64,000 nucleotides of DNA from Eledone cirrhosa (Eukaryota). Both the position numbers and the translations under genes were made by a program. The notes beneath the pieces are model-generated. The model did not search any database, had not been told where the DNA came from, and saw only the letters and a list, made by a program, of their open reading frames with translations. The stretch lies in contig OZ024743.1 in the NCBI GenBank assembly GCA_964016885.1, forward strand, positions 344,100,001-344,164,000, read 5' to 3'. Each line of letters starts with the position of its first letter. The stretch's first letter is position 1. This document shows, piece after piece, positions 41,706-52,640 of the stretch.

Positions 41706-41708
<3 letters not shown>
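41521..41708 (+). mobile_element. Fold-back element (52-bp near-perfect arms) plus tail in (TA)n
   Basis: Arms 41521-41572 and 41575-41626; each carries GAAA CGGC-UUGAGCUCU-GCCG UC GGG. Confidence 0.85.
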
Positions 41709-41771
<63 letters not shown>

Positions 41772-41774
41772 GAA

Positions 41775-42072
41775 GGTCCGATTTCGTATAGATATGTATG
41801 GGAGCATCCCAAAAGTCAGCTCAAAAGTGACACAGAGGAGACTGAGGTTAGCTGGACATGGTCACCGACATCCGGAGTTGACATTGCACTCAGTGCTCCT
41901 GTGGGAGCCCCTACATGGACACACTGGAGGAGGAAGACCAAGGTTAACGTATGTTGATGCCCTAAGGATAGACACTGGTCTGTTGGAGACGCAGGACATG
42001 GCAGCGATAATGAGGGACAGAGACCGCTGGAGAGAACTCTTCCACGGATCTCGGGAATTTTACCCGCCCTAG
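41775..42072 (+). mobile_element. 3' fragment of an RTE/RTE-X LINE
   Basis: RRLRLAGH...LLWEP...GRPRLTYVDAL...MRDRDRWR. Confidence 0.8.
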
Positions 42073-42212
42073 AAAATATATATATACATATATACATATA
42101 TACATACATACACATGCATACATATATACATACATACATACATACATACATAATAAAAATATACCAATGTGTGTTTCTGTGCATGTGAATAATTATGTGT
42201 ATTATGTATGAA

Positions 42213-42243
<31 letters not shown>

Positions 42244-42366
42244 ATGTATGTATGTATGTATGTATGTATGTATGTATGTATTTATGTATGTATGTATGTA
42301 TGTCTGTATGTATTTTTGTATGTATGTGTGCATGTATGTATGTACTTACGTACATACGTATGTATG

Positions 42367-44125
42367 TTATCTCTTTCTCTTAATTTCGAGTATATTTTTT
42401 TGACCGGCCACCTTCCTGGTGGCAAGGTTGTAAAAGAAAAGAAATTGTCATTCCTTGAATCGCAAGAATGTTTTGCAAACCTTGAAGGTGCCAGCCATCG
42501 CAGCCATCCGTAGACCATGAATTAGGGAGCGGCGCTCCCTGTCCGCAAATCCAAGCCCAGTCACACCCTGGTCCAAGCGGGTCCGTACATAACCCGCAGC
42601 TCCAACAATGACGGGCACGAAGCCAAAGGTTTATCTCGGACACTGGACCTGCAAACTCCTCATCAATGGTCCGCAGATGTCCTCCCTCTTCTGCATTCCT
42701 CTGACAACGTTTACATCAAGTGGGCAGCTGATCTCCACAACAGAACACGCTCTCAATGTGTGGTCCCAAACAACAATATCAAGCCGGCAGTTCTTTAACC
42801 CGGTGGCAGCCTTCATTTTCAGGCTCCACCAGTATTACCCAGCGCCATCTGTCCCAATATATTCTTCCACGTTTGTTGCCAACCTTGTCTTCGGAAGTGC
42901 GCCACAGATGGCTCCAGCTATCGCATCGTGCCCCACGGGGAGGTAGTAGCGAGACGACACCCCCTCGCAGCCGGCAACAATATGGCTTACATCCTCGATC
43001 TTTGTTTTACATAGCCTACATTTATTGTCAGCTGCTGGCCTTCCCCTTCTTGTTGCTGTATTGCATAGAGATATCCCTCAAGGTGTGATGTCATAAACTT
43101 GTCGGAACTCCATGCCAGGTCCCCCGAGTAGTCTATCCCCTCCATGGTCTGTGCCCTACGTCTCAAGTATCCATGCACAACTTTTTATGTAAATTGGTCA
43201 ATTTTTTCATCTTGTTTGAACATTGAATAGGATCTTCCGATTTCTCTGGGTGAGAGATTTATATCAGGTTTTATTCCATATCTCTCCTCCAGATCAGTGG
43301 CTATTCTAATGATATTTTTTTTCCATGCTCATAAACCTGGGCAAGATGGTTGCCAACCTTTTTCCTCTGTTGAAGGTGTTGCCTCAGTGTCACCATCCGG
43401 GTCCCATATGTTGTTAACATGGACCTTACACCCCGGGCACCTTCCTTGCGTGAGAAGTATAGCCTATCCACATCACCACTGACGTTAAAGTTCCCAGCAA
43501 CACTGAGAAGCCTGCGAGCTCCAACATCCATCTCACACAGTTCCCGCAATTACCAGCTCAGCAGGCCAAACGTTGGCGTTAGAATTGGCACAGCATAACT
43601 ATTGTGGGCAATGTATTTGTTGTACGCTGACAGTTCTGATGACCATATTTTCTTTACTCTTCTGAGGTATTCAGTTCCGGTTCTCTCCTTCTTTATGGGT
43701 CCATCATATCTGACACCCTCATCCTGTCCAAGATATCTGTAGTTGTCACCTGACTGCAGAGGCCGCACTGTCAGGCCGTTCATCTCTAGATTTCTAGAGG
43801 AGGGCACAGCTCTTCCACGCTCCACCGCCAAATATGGACACCTGGACTCACCAAATTTCATTTTGATGTCTGTTGAAAATTGTGTAACGACGTCCAATTG
43901 TTTCTTGATGTCATTGATATTTGGCCCATACAACTTCAGGTCATCAACAAAGAAAAGATGGGAGATACTTCTGGACCCACTTCTTTGTCCACCTTGTTTC
44001 CTGAGTAGGTAAGATAGTGGATTTAGTAAGAGAACGAAGAGTAGCACTGACAAGCTATCACCCTGAAAGATGCCCTTCTGGTAATGTATCCTATCAGTCC
44101 CAACTTGCTCCTTCTCACCTCTAAG
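42367..44125 (-). mobile_element. 5'-truncated Dong/R4 subfamily B copy (B2), A->G hypermutated
   Basis: GIFQGDS, FFVDDLKLY, YRYLG, MHGYL, VVEISCPLD; (TATG)n on both sides. Confidence 0.9.
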
Positions 44126-44238
44126 GTATGTATGTATGTATGTATGTATGTATGTATGTATGTATGTATGTATGTATGTATGTATGTATGTACGTATGTA
44201 TGTATGTATGTATGTATGTATGTATGTATGTATGTATG

Positions 44239-46863
44239 TTTAGCAGTATTAGTTGTAGATGTTATCGCCACTTTAGCAGGGTGGTAGAATCAGTGGTCGT
44301 TAGTTGCCAGTGTGGTAAGTGATAGTATCCTCGTTGGATTATCTTGTTGACATAGACGTGAGGGAAGGTCCCTCGATCTATTTACCATCTATTCACAATA
44401 TTCCTTTCGTCAGGTCGCCAATTCCAGCAGCATGGATTAAAGATGTTATTGATACACGAGTAATTAGAGATGAAATGTCTGTTTATTTATATAGTTGAAG
44501 TTACAGGTAAAAAGAGGTTACAAAAGGGAATGTGCCATTGCACCGTTAAGCCGGCGAGGCTAGGGGTGCAATATCTCACTGCTACATTATGCGTGTTGCT
44601 GGCTTGAAGTTTCCGGTACAAGATCGAGATTCTTCAAATCTTCGCGGTGAATTTCTTCCTCAGGGCGCGTAGGGATACATCCTCTTCTACTGGCGCTGAT
44701 TGGCTGAACTGAGCCAAATCACGCACAGAGAATGTATGTGAGCCCGCGGAATGTAGGTCACTACATCACCTCCAACCAGATTTTCAGCCGAAAATCGATA
44801 ACGAAGAAACCAAGGACTCACATATTAAATCAGCAAGAACAAATGCTGAAAGAGCACATCAGTGAAAAAAATAATTGAGCAGAAGGTTGCATGCAAGAAC
44901 AAAAAATGAGGCGCTACGGGCCGTGCTGAGCCGCTGTGTCAAATGACCAGTTGTTTTGTTGTTTATACGTGACCGCCAAAGGTCTAACAAAAAACGGATA
45001 AAGTCTGACATGGGCGAAGTTGCTGTTCTTGCATTAAATGTTAATGGTAAGCGTTGTACCAGTAGCTGTGAACGAAGCTATTATGGTAGTTTACCAGTGC
45101 TGGCGAGAAAATGATGGCCCCCAGATGTATTGTCGAATGTGCTGTGGAGCCAGGAAAAAATGGCTGGTTGCTTTGTAAAGAACAAAAGACAAGTTTAATT
45201 TCTAGGTGGGTTGCAGTGTAAATTCCATAATTTGGGCGAATCCACAGAAGTGGCCGAAATGCTAACAAGTCCAGTTCAATTTGTTGCTTTCCCAGCGAGT
45301 CGGGCAAAAACAATAAGACGGATGGCCGTCATGGACGATCAGTGTGCAACGAGATGCGAAGCTGTTTGAGTTCAGCGGCAATTAGTATTCTCGTGTTGCG
45401 GTGACTGTTTAAATCCAGTGGATTAAGCTCTGTGAGCTGCCAGCATCTCAACCAGGTGAAAAGGGACTCGCAGAATATTACGTTTGAAGAACATATACCA
45501 AGAACAACATGTTGGTGTGTGATAAAAAAAATGTGTGCATATGCAGGCTTGTAAAACAGCAAAGAATGTGAATGAACAAAAACCATGAGCAAGCAAATAG
45601 CAAAAGAGCACAAAACAAGTAAATGCATTCTACAAAGAAATATGTGAATGTAACAAACTGATAATTCAAAGTCAATCTAGGGGAGCAGAGAAATTGCTCA
45701 ATAAGTTCAAAGTTTTTCAAAGTCAAATAGTTCACACATCACCAGTGTACAGACACTAGTTCTATCTGAAAACTAAAAAAGAAGTTTGTTAATGCCGTTA
45801 GGGGTTAGCTGTATGGTGTTTTTGTGAGATTTCGTGGCCATTTTACCGTCCCGAAGGTTTTGTTGCTTATTGTTAAAGCAAAGTCAAAGAATCTTCTGTA
45901 GAGTAGGAGTCACCAAATATGGCAGTCACGTCTGACGCCATAATGGTGAGAAACTACTGTCTCAATTTCTCGCGTCCCTGTGGTAACGAGACAGAAGGTA
46001 TGGTGGTTGCGTCGGTAAAGTTACAAGCCGTTTTGAAATTTCCGATGTGTGGTGGTTGGCGTTGGTAAGGTTATGAAGCTGCCACTCACTGTTCCCTGTA
46101 TTGGTCAGTGGTTAAACAACGCTGTCGCTGCTGCTGTCATTGTTGTTGTCAAGCGTAGCCATGACATGTCGGTAGCCATCTTGAAATTTTTTCGTGGCGA
46201 AAAAGCTTTTGAAATACTGCTAATTTTTCAAAAATCTTAAAAGGAATATTCTGGATTTTCGCAAGTTGCGACGTGGCAATAAAAGTTAAACTGAATGAAT
46301 AAGAAGGGCTGCGTGATATTCTTACTTCGGTCACCACTTTAGCAGTATTAGTTGTAGATGTTATCGCCACTTTAGCAGGGTGGTAGAATCAGTGGTCGTT
46401 AGTTGCCAGTGTGGTAAGTGATAGTATCCTCATTGGATTATCTTGTTGACATAGACGTGAGGGAAGGTCCCTCGATCTATTTACCATCTATTCACAATAT
46501 TCCTTTCGTCAGGTCGCCAATTCCAGCAGCATGGATTAAAGATGTCATTGAGACACGAGTAATTAGAGATGAAATGTCTGTTTATTTATATAGTTGAAGT
46601 TACAGGTAAAAAGAGGTTACAAAAGGGAATGTGCCATTGCGCCGTTAAGCCGGCGAGGCTAGGGGTGCAATATCTCACTGCTACATTATGCGTGTTGCTG
46701 GCTTGAAGTTTCCGGTACAAGATCGAGATTCTTCAAATCTTCGCGGTGAATTTCTTCCTCAGGGCGCGTAGGGATACATCCTCTTCTACTGGCGCTGATT
46801 GGCTGAACTGAGCCAAATCACGCACAGAGAATGTATGTGAGCCCGCGGAATGTAGGTCACTAC

Positions 46864-46864
<1 letters not shown>
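44239..46864 (-). mobile_element. Non-autonomous LTR element (Gypsy-like ends), 527-bp LTRs at 44239-44765 and 46338-46864
   Basis: LTRs differ at about 4 positions; minus strand starts TGTAG; primer-binding-site-like TGGTGACC follows the 5' LTR; purine-rich GGTTGGAGGTGA precedes the 3' LTR; TATG on both flanks. Confidence 0.85.
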
Positions 46865-46894
<30 letters not shown>

Positions 46895-46944
46895 TGTATG
46901 TATGTATGTATGTATGTATGTATGTATGTATGTATGTATGTATG

Positions 46945-47420
46945 TCAGGTCGTTGGCGACTAAACTGGCAACCCCACCAAGGTTTCTTGGTGAGGAGGGT
47001 GACTTTGGACATCCTGCAGGACTAAAAACAAAACCTTGTCAAAGGGCAAGGGAGCTCTTAAGAGTCAATAGCTATCCAAAATCACCGGGAGAGATGACCC
47101 CTTAGCCTTTGTTCTTCTTTTTGGTAAATATCATCTTGGTTAAGAGAGTGGGACTGGCTTTGTGCAGTGCCTTTGCTCACTATAAAAGCTTCACAGCACA
47201 GGCATTGCTTTATATCTGGAGATCTCTCTGCACTTGTCGTCACATGGTACCATGGGCCCTGCACTATGTGTCAATAATGGTCACAAGTGTCGTCTTTGTA
47301 CCAGAGTTTTCAAGTCGCTGGCTGGACTAAAAAGTCACATTCGCTCAGCGCATCGGTAGGGGTTCTCCTACATGGATATAAAGTAGTGGCCGTACTCGAA
47401 AACGAGTTGGCAGCCACCAT
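46945..47420 (+). mobile_element. Non-autonomous RTE-related retroposon in (TATG)n
   Basis: Sibling of 25003-25490, with extra 5' sequence and an internal deletion. Confidence 0.65.
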
Positions 47421-47437
47421 GTATGTATGTATGTATG

Positions 47438-47755
47438 TTTTCTCTTTCTCTTAATTTCGAGTATATTTTTTTGACCGGCCACCTTCCTGGTGGCAAGTTT
47501 GTAAAAGAAAAGAAATTGTCATCCCTTGAATCGCAAGAATGTTGAAGATGACAGATGTTGCAACCATTTCTAGTCTATGAATTAGTGAGTTGCGTTCTTT
47601 GTCCGCAAATCCAAATTCAGTCATACTTTGGTGTAAACGTGTTGGTATATAACCTGTAGCTCCAATAATGATGGGTATGAAGCTGAAGGTGTATCTTGGA
47701 TACTGGATCTGCAAACTCCTCATCAATGGTCCGTAGATGCCCACCTTCTCCTGTT
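47438..47755 (-). mobile_element. 3' fragment of Dong/R4 subfamily B (copy B3)
   Basis: IYGPLMRSLQIQYPRYTFSFIPIIIGATGYIP; same 3' end as B1 and B2. Confidence 0.85.
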
Positions 47756-47777
47756 TGTCTGTGTCTGTGTATGTATG

Positions 47778-50700
47778 TTCTTCTGGTTTTATAATTTCAC
47801 AAAGTTTTACCAATTGAGAGAGAGTCGGTTTCTAACATAGACACAAGTCTCTCTCATTGGAATTTACACACCATCAACTAGGTAGATATGTATGTATGCA
47901 TGCATGTGTAGATATGGATGTTATTGTATGTGTGGATGTGTATGTTTTGAGTTGTATGTGTGCATGTGTATATGCTTTGTATCTGTACATATGTATATGC
48001 AGTTATTAGATGCAACATTTTTGGAATGTTTTACATATTTTTACTGTTCAATTAATGGATTGTACTTGTAATTTTCTAACTAGTTGTGTTCTTTCTGTTC
48101 CTGTGAAGCCTAGCTTCTCAAGATTTGTATTGAGGCAGTTACTAACATATCCCAGTGCCCCAATAATCACAGGCATAAATCTGAAGGTGTAATCAGGGTG
48201 GAGTATCTGCAGATTTCTCATCAGTTCTGCATAAATATTCTCCTTTTCACTAATCCTTGATATTATATTGGCATCTGCTGGGTAGCTAATTTCCACTACT
48301 GTGCATGTTTTCTTCTCCCTGTCCCATATCATAATATCTGGTCTGTTATACCTGCATTTTATTGGGGTTTTTACTGAAATATTCCACCAGTACTCTTTCA
48401 TATTATGTACATGGATGTCTTCCACATTGTTGTAGCTTTTAATGTGTTTATTATCGGGGCTATCTTTTTTACGAACTTCATTGTACAGTGTTTTGGCCAC
48501 TACATCATGCCTCATAGGTAGATAGTACCGCGATGACATCTTTGGGCAGCTGCTGATGACATGGGTGATATCCTCGATGTTAGTTCTGCAGAGTCTGCAC
48601 TTGTTATCACATCTAGGTGTTTTGCCTGCATCCCTATCTCTTTTATGAATCAGGTATTTCGTGCTAATCTCCTGTTTTGGATTGCAAAAGCGTATCCTTC
48701 AAAGTGGGAGCCAATATAGCGGTTGTTGGTCCAAGATAGACTACTTTCCTTATCTATATTACTCTCACTTTGGAGCTTCCTGGCAACATATCCATGCATG
48801 ATTTTTTGCTGATAGGCATGCAGTTTTTCATCCATGGATTCACTGCGATACTGCTGAGCGACATCCCTGGGTGTGAGTTTTTGATTATCACACAGGGAAT
48901 ATCTCTCGAGGAGTTCCTTCCCAACTCTCATGATCTTATCTGTTTCATGCAGATAGACTTGCTCGAGAAGCGGGCTCATACGCTTCGAGGTTCGTAGATG
49001 ACCAGATGATGACCAGATCTTTCTTAATCGGGTGTTGTATTCCTTGGTTACGCGTTCTTTATTACAGATACCATTATAGGATATGTTCTCATCTATCCCC
49101 AGGTATCTGTAGCAGTCCTCATCAGATATCGGTGAAATAGTTAGACCATTGATGACAATGTTGCTAGATTGGGTTGTTGTTTTTCCCCGCTTTACAGTCA
49201 TGTATGAGCATTTATCCTGGCCAAACTCCATTCCTACATCCTTTGAGAACGTTGTAACCAGGTCAAGATTTTTCTTCATCCCATCCATGTTCTTGGCATA
49301 GAGTTTCAGATCGTCCACACAGAAGTTATGGGTTAGTTTCGTATTTCTGTCCTCCTGTGAGCCAATGATGTACCCCTCACATTTCTTGAGCAGAAAGGAC
49401 AAGTGGTTTAATGACAAGATGAACAATATCACAGAGAGACTGTCCCCCTGAAATATACCCCTGCAATATTTTATTTTATCAGTGAAAATAGAGTCCTCCC
49501 TCTCTGTCTTTAACCTTAGGATAGTAGCCCAATAAGAAGACAGCCTCTCTATGGCTCTGACAATAATGTCTGGGACTTTAACAAGTTGGAGGGCCTCTAT
49601 CATCCAAGAGTGGGGAACAGAATCGAAAGCTTTCTTGTAGTCCAGCCAGACTGTAGTCATATTCCTCCTAAGTTGTCGCACCTCCGACATCGCAGTTTTG
49701 TTGATTAGGAGTTGTTCAGCACATCCCCAAACCACTTTCTTTCCAGCTGCTTGTTCATCTGTGATGATGTTATTATTTTCACAGTGATCTTGGAGGAATA
49801 GGTTCAGGCAGGCTGTATACATTTTATACATCAGGTTCTGGCATGCAATGGGTCGGTAGTTTTTTGCCAAGTGGGTGTCTTTGTTCTTGGGGACCAGTAA
49901 CGTTTGTGCTAATGTCAACCATTCTGGTATAAGTGTATCTCCCTTAAGAACTTGTTGGTAGAGGTCAGTAAGATACCTCCGATAGAATATCAGTTTTTTG
50001 TACCAGTAGCCGACAATCATGTCTCTTCCTGGTGTTTTCTTATCTTGGAGTTTTCCTATCACAGTCTCAAGGGTACCCTCACTTATTTCATATGTTTTTG
50101 TTGTAGTGTAGGAGCAATAGTTCTTTCGGATTTCTCTTAGCCACACTGCATCTTGGTTGAAATTCTTCTTTTCACCCCATATTTTTCTCCAAAAGGAATC
50201 TATGTCTTTCTGGGATGGGGCCTCAGTGACACTTATTATTTTGGCCTTCATATCTCTATAGACTGATGTTTGGTTTCGTCTGAATCTTTTATTAAGCATT
50301 TTTCTCTCATCTAACTTCTTCAGGTATCGGCGTTTTTCGCTAACAGCTCTCAATTCTTGTTTGAGGGTGATCAGCTTATATTGGAGAGTTCTGGTTCTAC
50401 TGTTACCAAACATCATCTCTATTTTATTTTTCACTCTTTGTTGGTGAGGAGTGAGGTTTTTTTGTGTTTGTTTGCATGTAAGGAGCATTATCACATGTCC
50501 TATGTTTTTTCGTAGGTCAGCACTCTTTTTTTCTATTTTAGTTATATATGATGGTATTTTTGGCGGTGCTTTGTTCTTGTTAATATCTCTGCTATCACCA
50601 AGATAATGCTTCACTGTCATTGCTAAGGCATATAAACAGGCGTTGATTTGCCAAAATGTTGGGGTTTTTATCCGTCGTAAATATTCATCCCCTATTTCGT

Positions 50701-51655
50701 CAATAACACGTAGTATTTCATTATTTGGCTTTTTATTCACCATTGTCATTTTAACACGTTCAGCCAGAGAGATATTTATACATGAGTTAATTTCTCTCTG
50801 GAAGATTTCGTTGAGGGAAATTTTCAATTGTTTATACTTTTGATAATCATTATCGATAGTATTTTCCACAACAGTCGAGGTAGACTCGGATGGTATACGT
50901 GGTGTCACATTTATTCGATTATTATTATTATTTCCTCGATTATTATTATTATCGATAGTGTTTTCCCCAGCATTCGAGGTAGACTTAGATGGTACACGTG
51001 GTGTCAAATTTCTTACAGGCATAGTTGTTTCAAGGCGCTGTTCGACCTGGCTGCTAGGAAGTCTAGTAGCATGGCGATCTGTAGCACGTGTTGTTGATTC
51101 CATGTTTGTTGTGGGGGACTTACAATTAATAATATTTATCTTATTTTTACGTTCAACAAACGTCGCTTGTTGGCGTAATTGTTTCGCTGTGAAATAATTT
51201 ACCTCTGAGTGCATTTCGTCCCAGTGTAGCTTCATTCTATTCATATAGCCAATGGAGGGATTGCTTTTTGCCATTTTATAACAATTAAATAAATCATTAT
51301 TAAGTTCGCAACTCCAAGAGAAATGCGATTTATAATTTCGGTTTCTTCTGTAGCTACAACTGAATAAAGTTTGATTACCTTCTTTGTTATTTGTCTTCGA
51401 TACTTTCTTAATTTTCTTGTTGATGTTGTGTTCAGCCATGCTGTTTGTAGCAAATCTTTGTAAAATTAATTATGTATTTAGTCGGATATCTCTACGAATT
51501 CGAATAAAAGGTGTCTTCAGAAGGAATAGTTAGAAGAATAACCAGTTATTCAACCTGGCTGTAGTTGTGGCATTACTGTCGGAGATAGTATTCATCTTAA
51601 ATTTAATAAATAGTCTCCCACGCCAAAATATGCGACTGATCGCATTGAATGACTT
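47778..51655 (-). mobile_element. Near full-length R4/Dong-clade LINE, subfamily A
   Basis: 5' UTR bounded by (TATG)n at 51656; long ORF; RLE region at 48010-48650; 3' UTR matching 37240-37467. Confidence 0.92.
48650..51439 (-). CDS. Reverse transcriptase ORF (929 aa) of the Dong/R4 element, with an internal deletion and a frameshift before CCHC/RLE
   Basis: KTPGRDMI, NYRPIAC, WLDYKKAFDSVPH, RGIFQGDSLS, CVDDLKLY, YRYLG; lacks the segment present at ~35985-36240 of the + copy. Confidence 0.9.
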   Translation of the reverse strand: MAEHNINKKIKKVSKTNNKEGNQTLFSCSYRRNRNYKSHFSWSCELNNDLFNCYKMAKSNPSIGYMNRMKLHWDEMHSEVNYFTAKQLRQQATFVERKNKINIINCKSPTTNMESTTRATDRHATRLPSSQVEQRLETTMPVRNLTPRVPSKSTSNAGENTIDNNNNRGNNNNNRINVTPRIPSESTSTVVENTIDNDYQKYKQLKISLNEIFQREINSCINISLAERVKMTMVNKKPNNEILRVIDEIGDEYLRRIKTPTFWQINACLYALAMTVKHYLGDSRDINKNKAPPKIPSYITKIEKKSADLRKNIGHVIMLLTCKQTQKNLTPHQQRVKNKIEMMFGNSRTRTLQYKLITLKQELRAVSEKRRYLKKLDERKMLNKRFRRNQTSVYRDMKAKIISVTEAPSQKDIDSFWRKIWGEKKNFNQDAVWLREIRKNYCSYTTTKTYEISEGTLETVIGKLQDKKTPGRDMIVGYWYKKLIFYRRYLTDLYQQVLKGDTLIPEWLTLAQTLLVPKNKDTHLAKNYRPIACQNLMYKMYTACLNLFLQDHCENNNIITDEQAAGKKVVWGCAEQLLINKTAMSEVRQLRRNMTTVWLDYKKAFDSVPHSWMIEALQLVKVPDIIVRAIERLSSYWATILRLKTEREDSIFTDKIKYCRGIFQGDSLSVILFILSLNHLSFLLKKCEGYIIGSQEDRNTKLTHNFCVDDLKLYAKNMDGMKKNLDLVTTFSKDVGMEFGQDKCSYMTVKRGKTTTQSSNIVINGLTISPISDEDCYRYLGIDENISYNGICNKERVTKEYNTRLRKIWSSSGHLRTSKRMSPLLEQVYLHETDKIMRVGKELLERYSLCDNQKLTPRDVAQQYRSESMDEKLHAYQQKIMHGYVARKLQSESNIDKESSLSWTNNRYIGSHFEGYAFAIQNRRLARNT

Positions 51656-51784
51656 ATGTATGTATGTATGTATGTATGTATGTATGTATGTATGTATGTA
51701 TGTATGTATGTATGTATGTATGTATGTATGTATGTATGTATGTCTATTTCATAACTTTTATTCTTTGAAAGCTTCTCATAAAGA

Positions 51785-52274
51785 CTAGCAGAAAAACCAC
51801 CCAGGGCGTGGTTTTCTGCTAGCATGTGTAGTGTGCATATTGATATTATACGCAAGTATATATACATGTAGATATGATACCAAATAAAATCGTAATTGAC
51901 AATATACACAGAAATTGAACGAAGACTGTGTTACACTGTCTTATGTAATCAGTAACGTAATCCATGATACATTAAAAAAGACGATATTATATATAAACTA
52001 CATTAGGAGAAAATTAGCGACGGAAATATATGAATGTTTATTTAAGCGATCGCTAACCGGAAGTGTTGACATTTGGAAATTTTAAAGAAGTGAATCTTAA
52101 AATAAGCAATAACATTAATTATGTTTAATCAAGAATGACGAAATTTAGTAGATAAATTACGTAATATTCATTCAATTCATTATTTATTCAAAGTAATCCA
52201 ACTTATTTTATAAACGGGACAAAAATATATATTCTGGACGCAGTCCCGCACTCCTTACTTTATTATAGTTTAGA
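51785..52274 (-). mobile_element. Candidate non-autonomous Helitron
   Basis: Minus strand reads A|TCTAAACTATAATAAAG...hairpin...CTGCTAG|T. Confidence 0.5.
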
Positions 52275-52339
52275 TAGTGATTTTTTGTAACAAGCAAAAA
52301 ATAAATACAATATATAACAACGATATTATGGGGCTACAG

Positions 52340-52640
52340 GTTGAATTTTAGAAAAGACTTTTTATTTTCACCGTTCTTTTTACAGACTGAATTTTCAGAA
52401 TCCTAAGATGGTCTCTTTCTTTACTTGAAAACTCCAGCTTTTCTAGACTATTATTTAAGTACTTAGTAACACAACTAAGTTCAACAATATTTATGGATAC
52501 AAATATAGTTGTTGCAATTGAAGTAGAAGGTTTCAAGAAATGAATTATATACGTTCCCTTTTCTCCTAATTTTGAATGAAATATTCACATACTTAGGAAA
52601 GAGCAGATGGATTTTATTTTCTATCTTGAATAACTTTCTT
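52340..52640 (-). mobile_element. Old, divergent Dong/R4 3' remnant
   Basis: VTKYLNNSLEKLEFSSKER...LKIQSVKRTVKI aligns with VSNCLNTNLEKLGFTGTER...LQVQSINGTVKI. Confidence 0.65.

Noticed and set aside
42470-42875. CpG decay or ordinary divergence as the cause of the B1/B2 differences
   Set aside because: Changes are one-directional on one strand, mostly outside CpG, cluster in A-runs, break conserved residues, and B3 sides with B1.
51440-51655. Possible 5' ribozyme in the Dong/R4 5' UTR (hairpins ATGCGA/TCGCAT and TGGCGT/ATGCCA; a CUGAAGA)
   Set aside because: Could not be fitted to an HDV-like or hammerhead topology.
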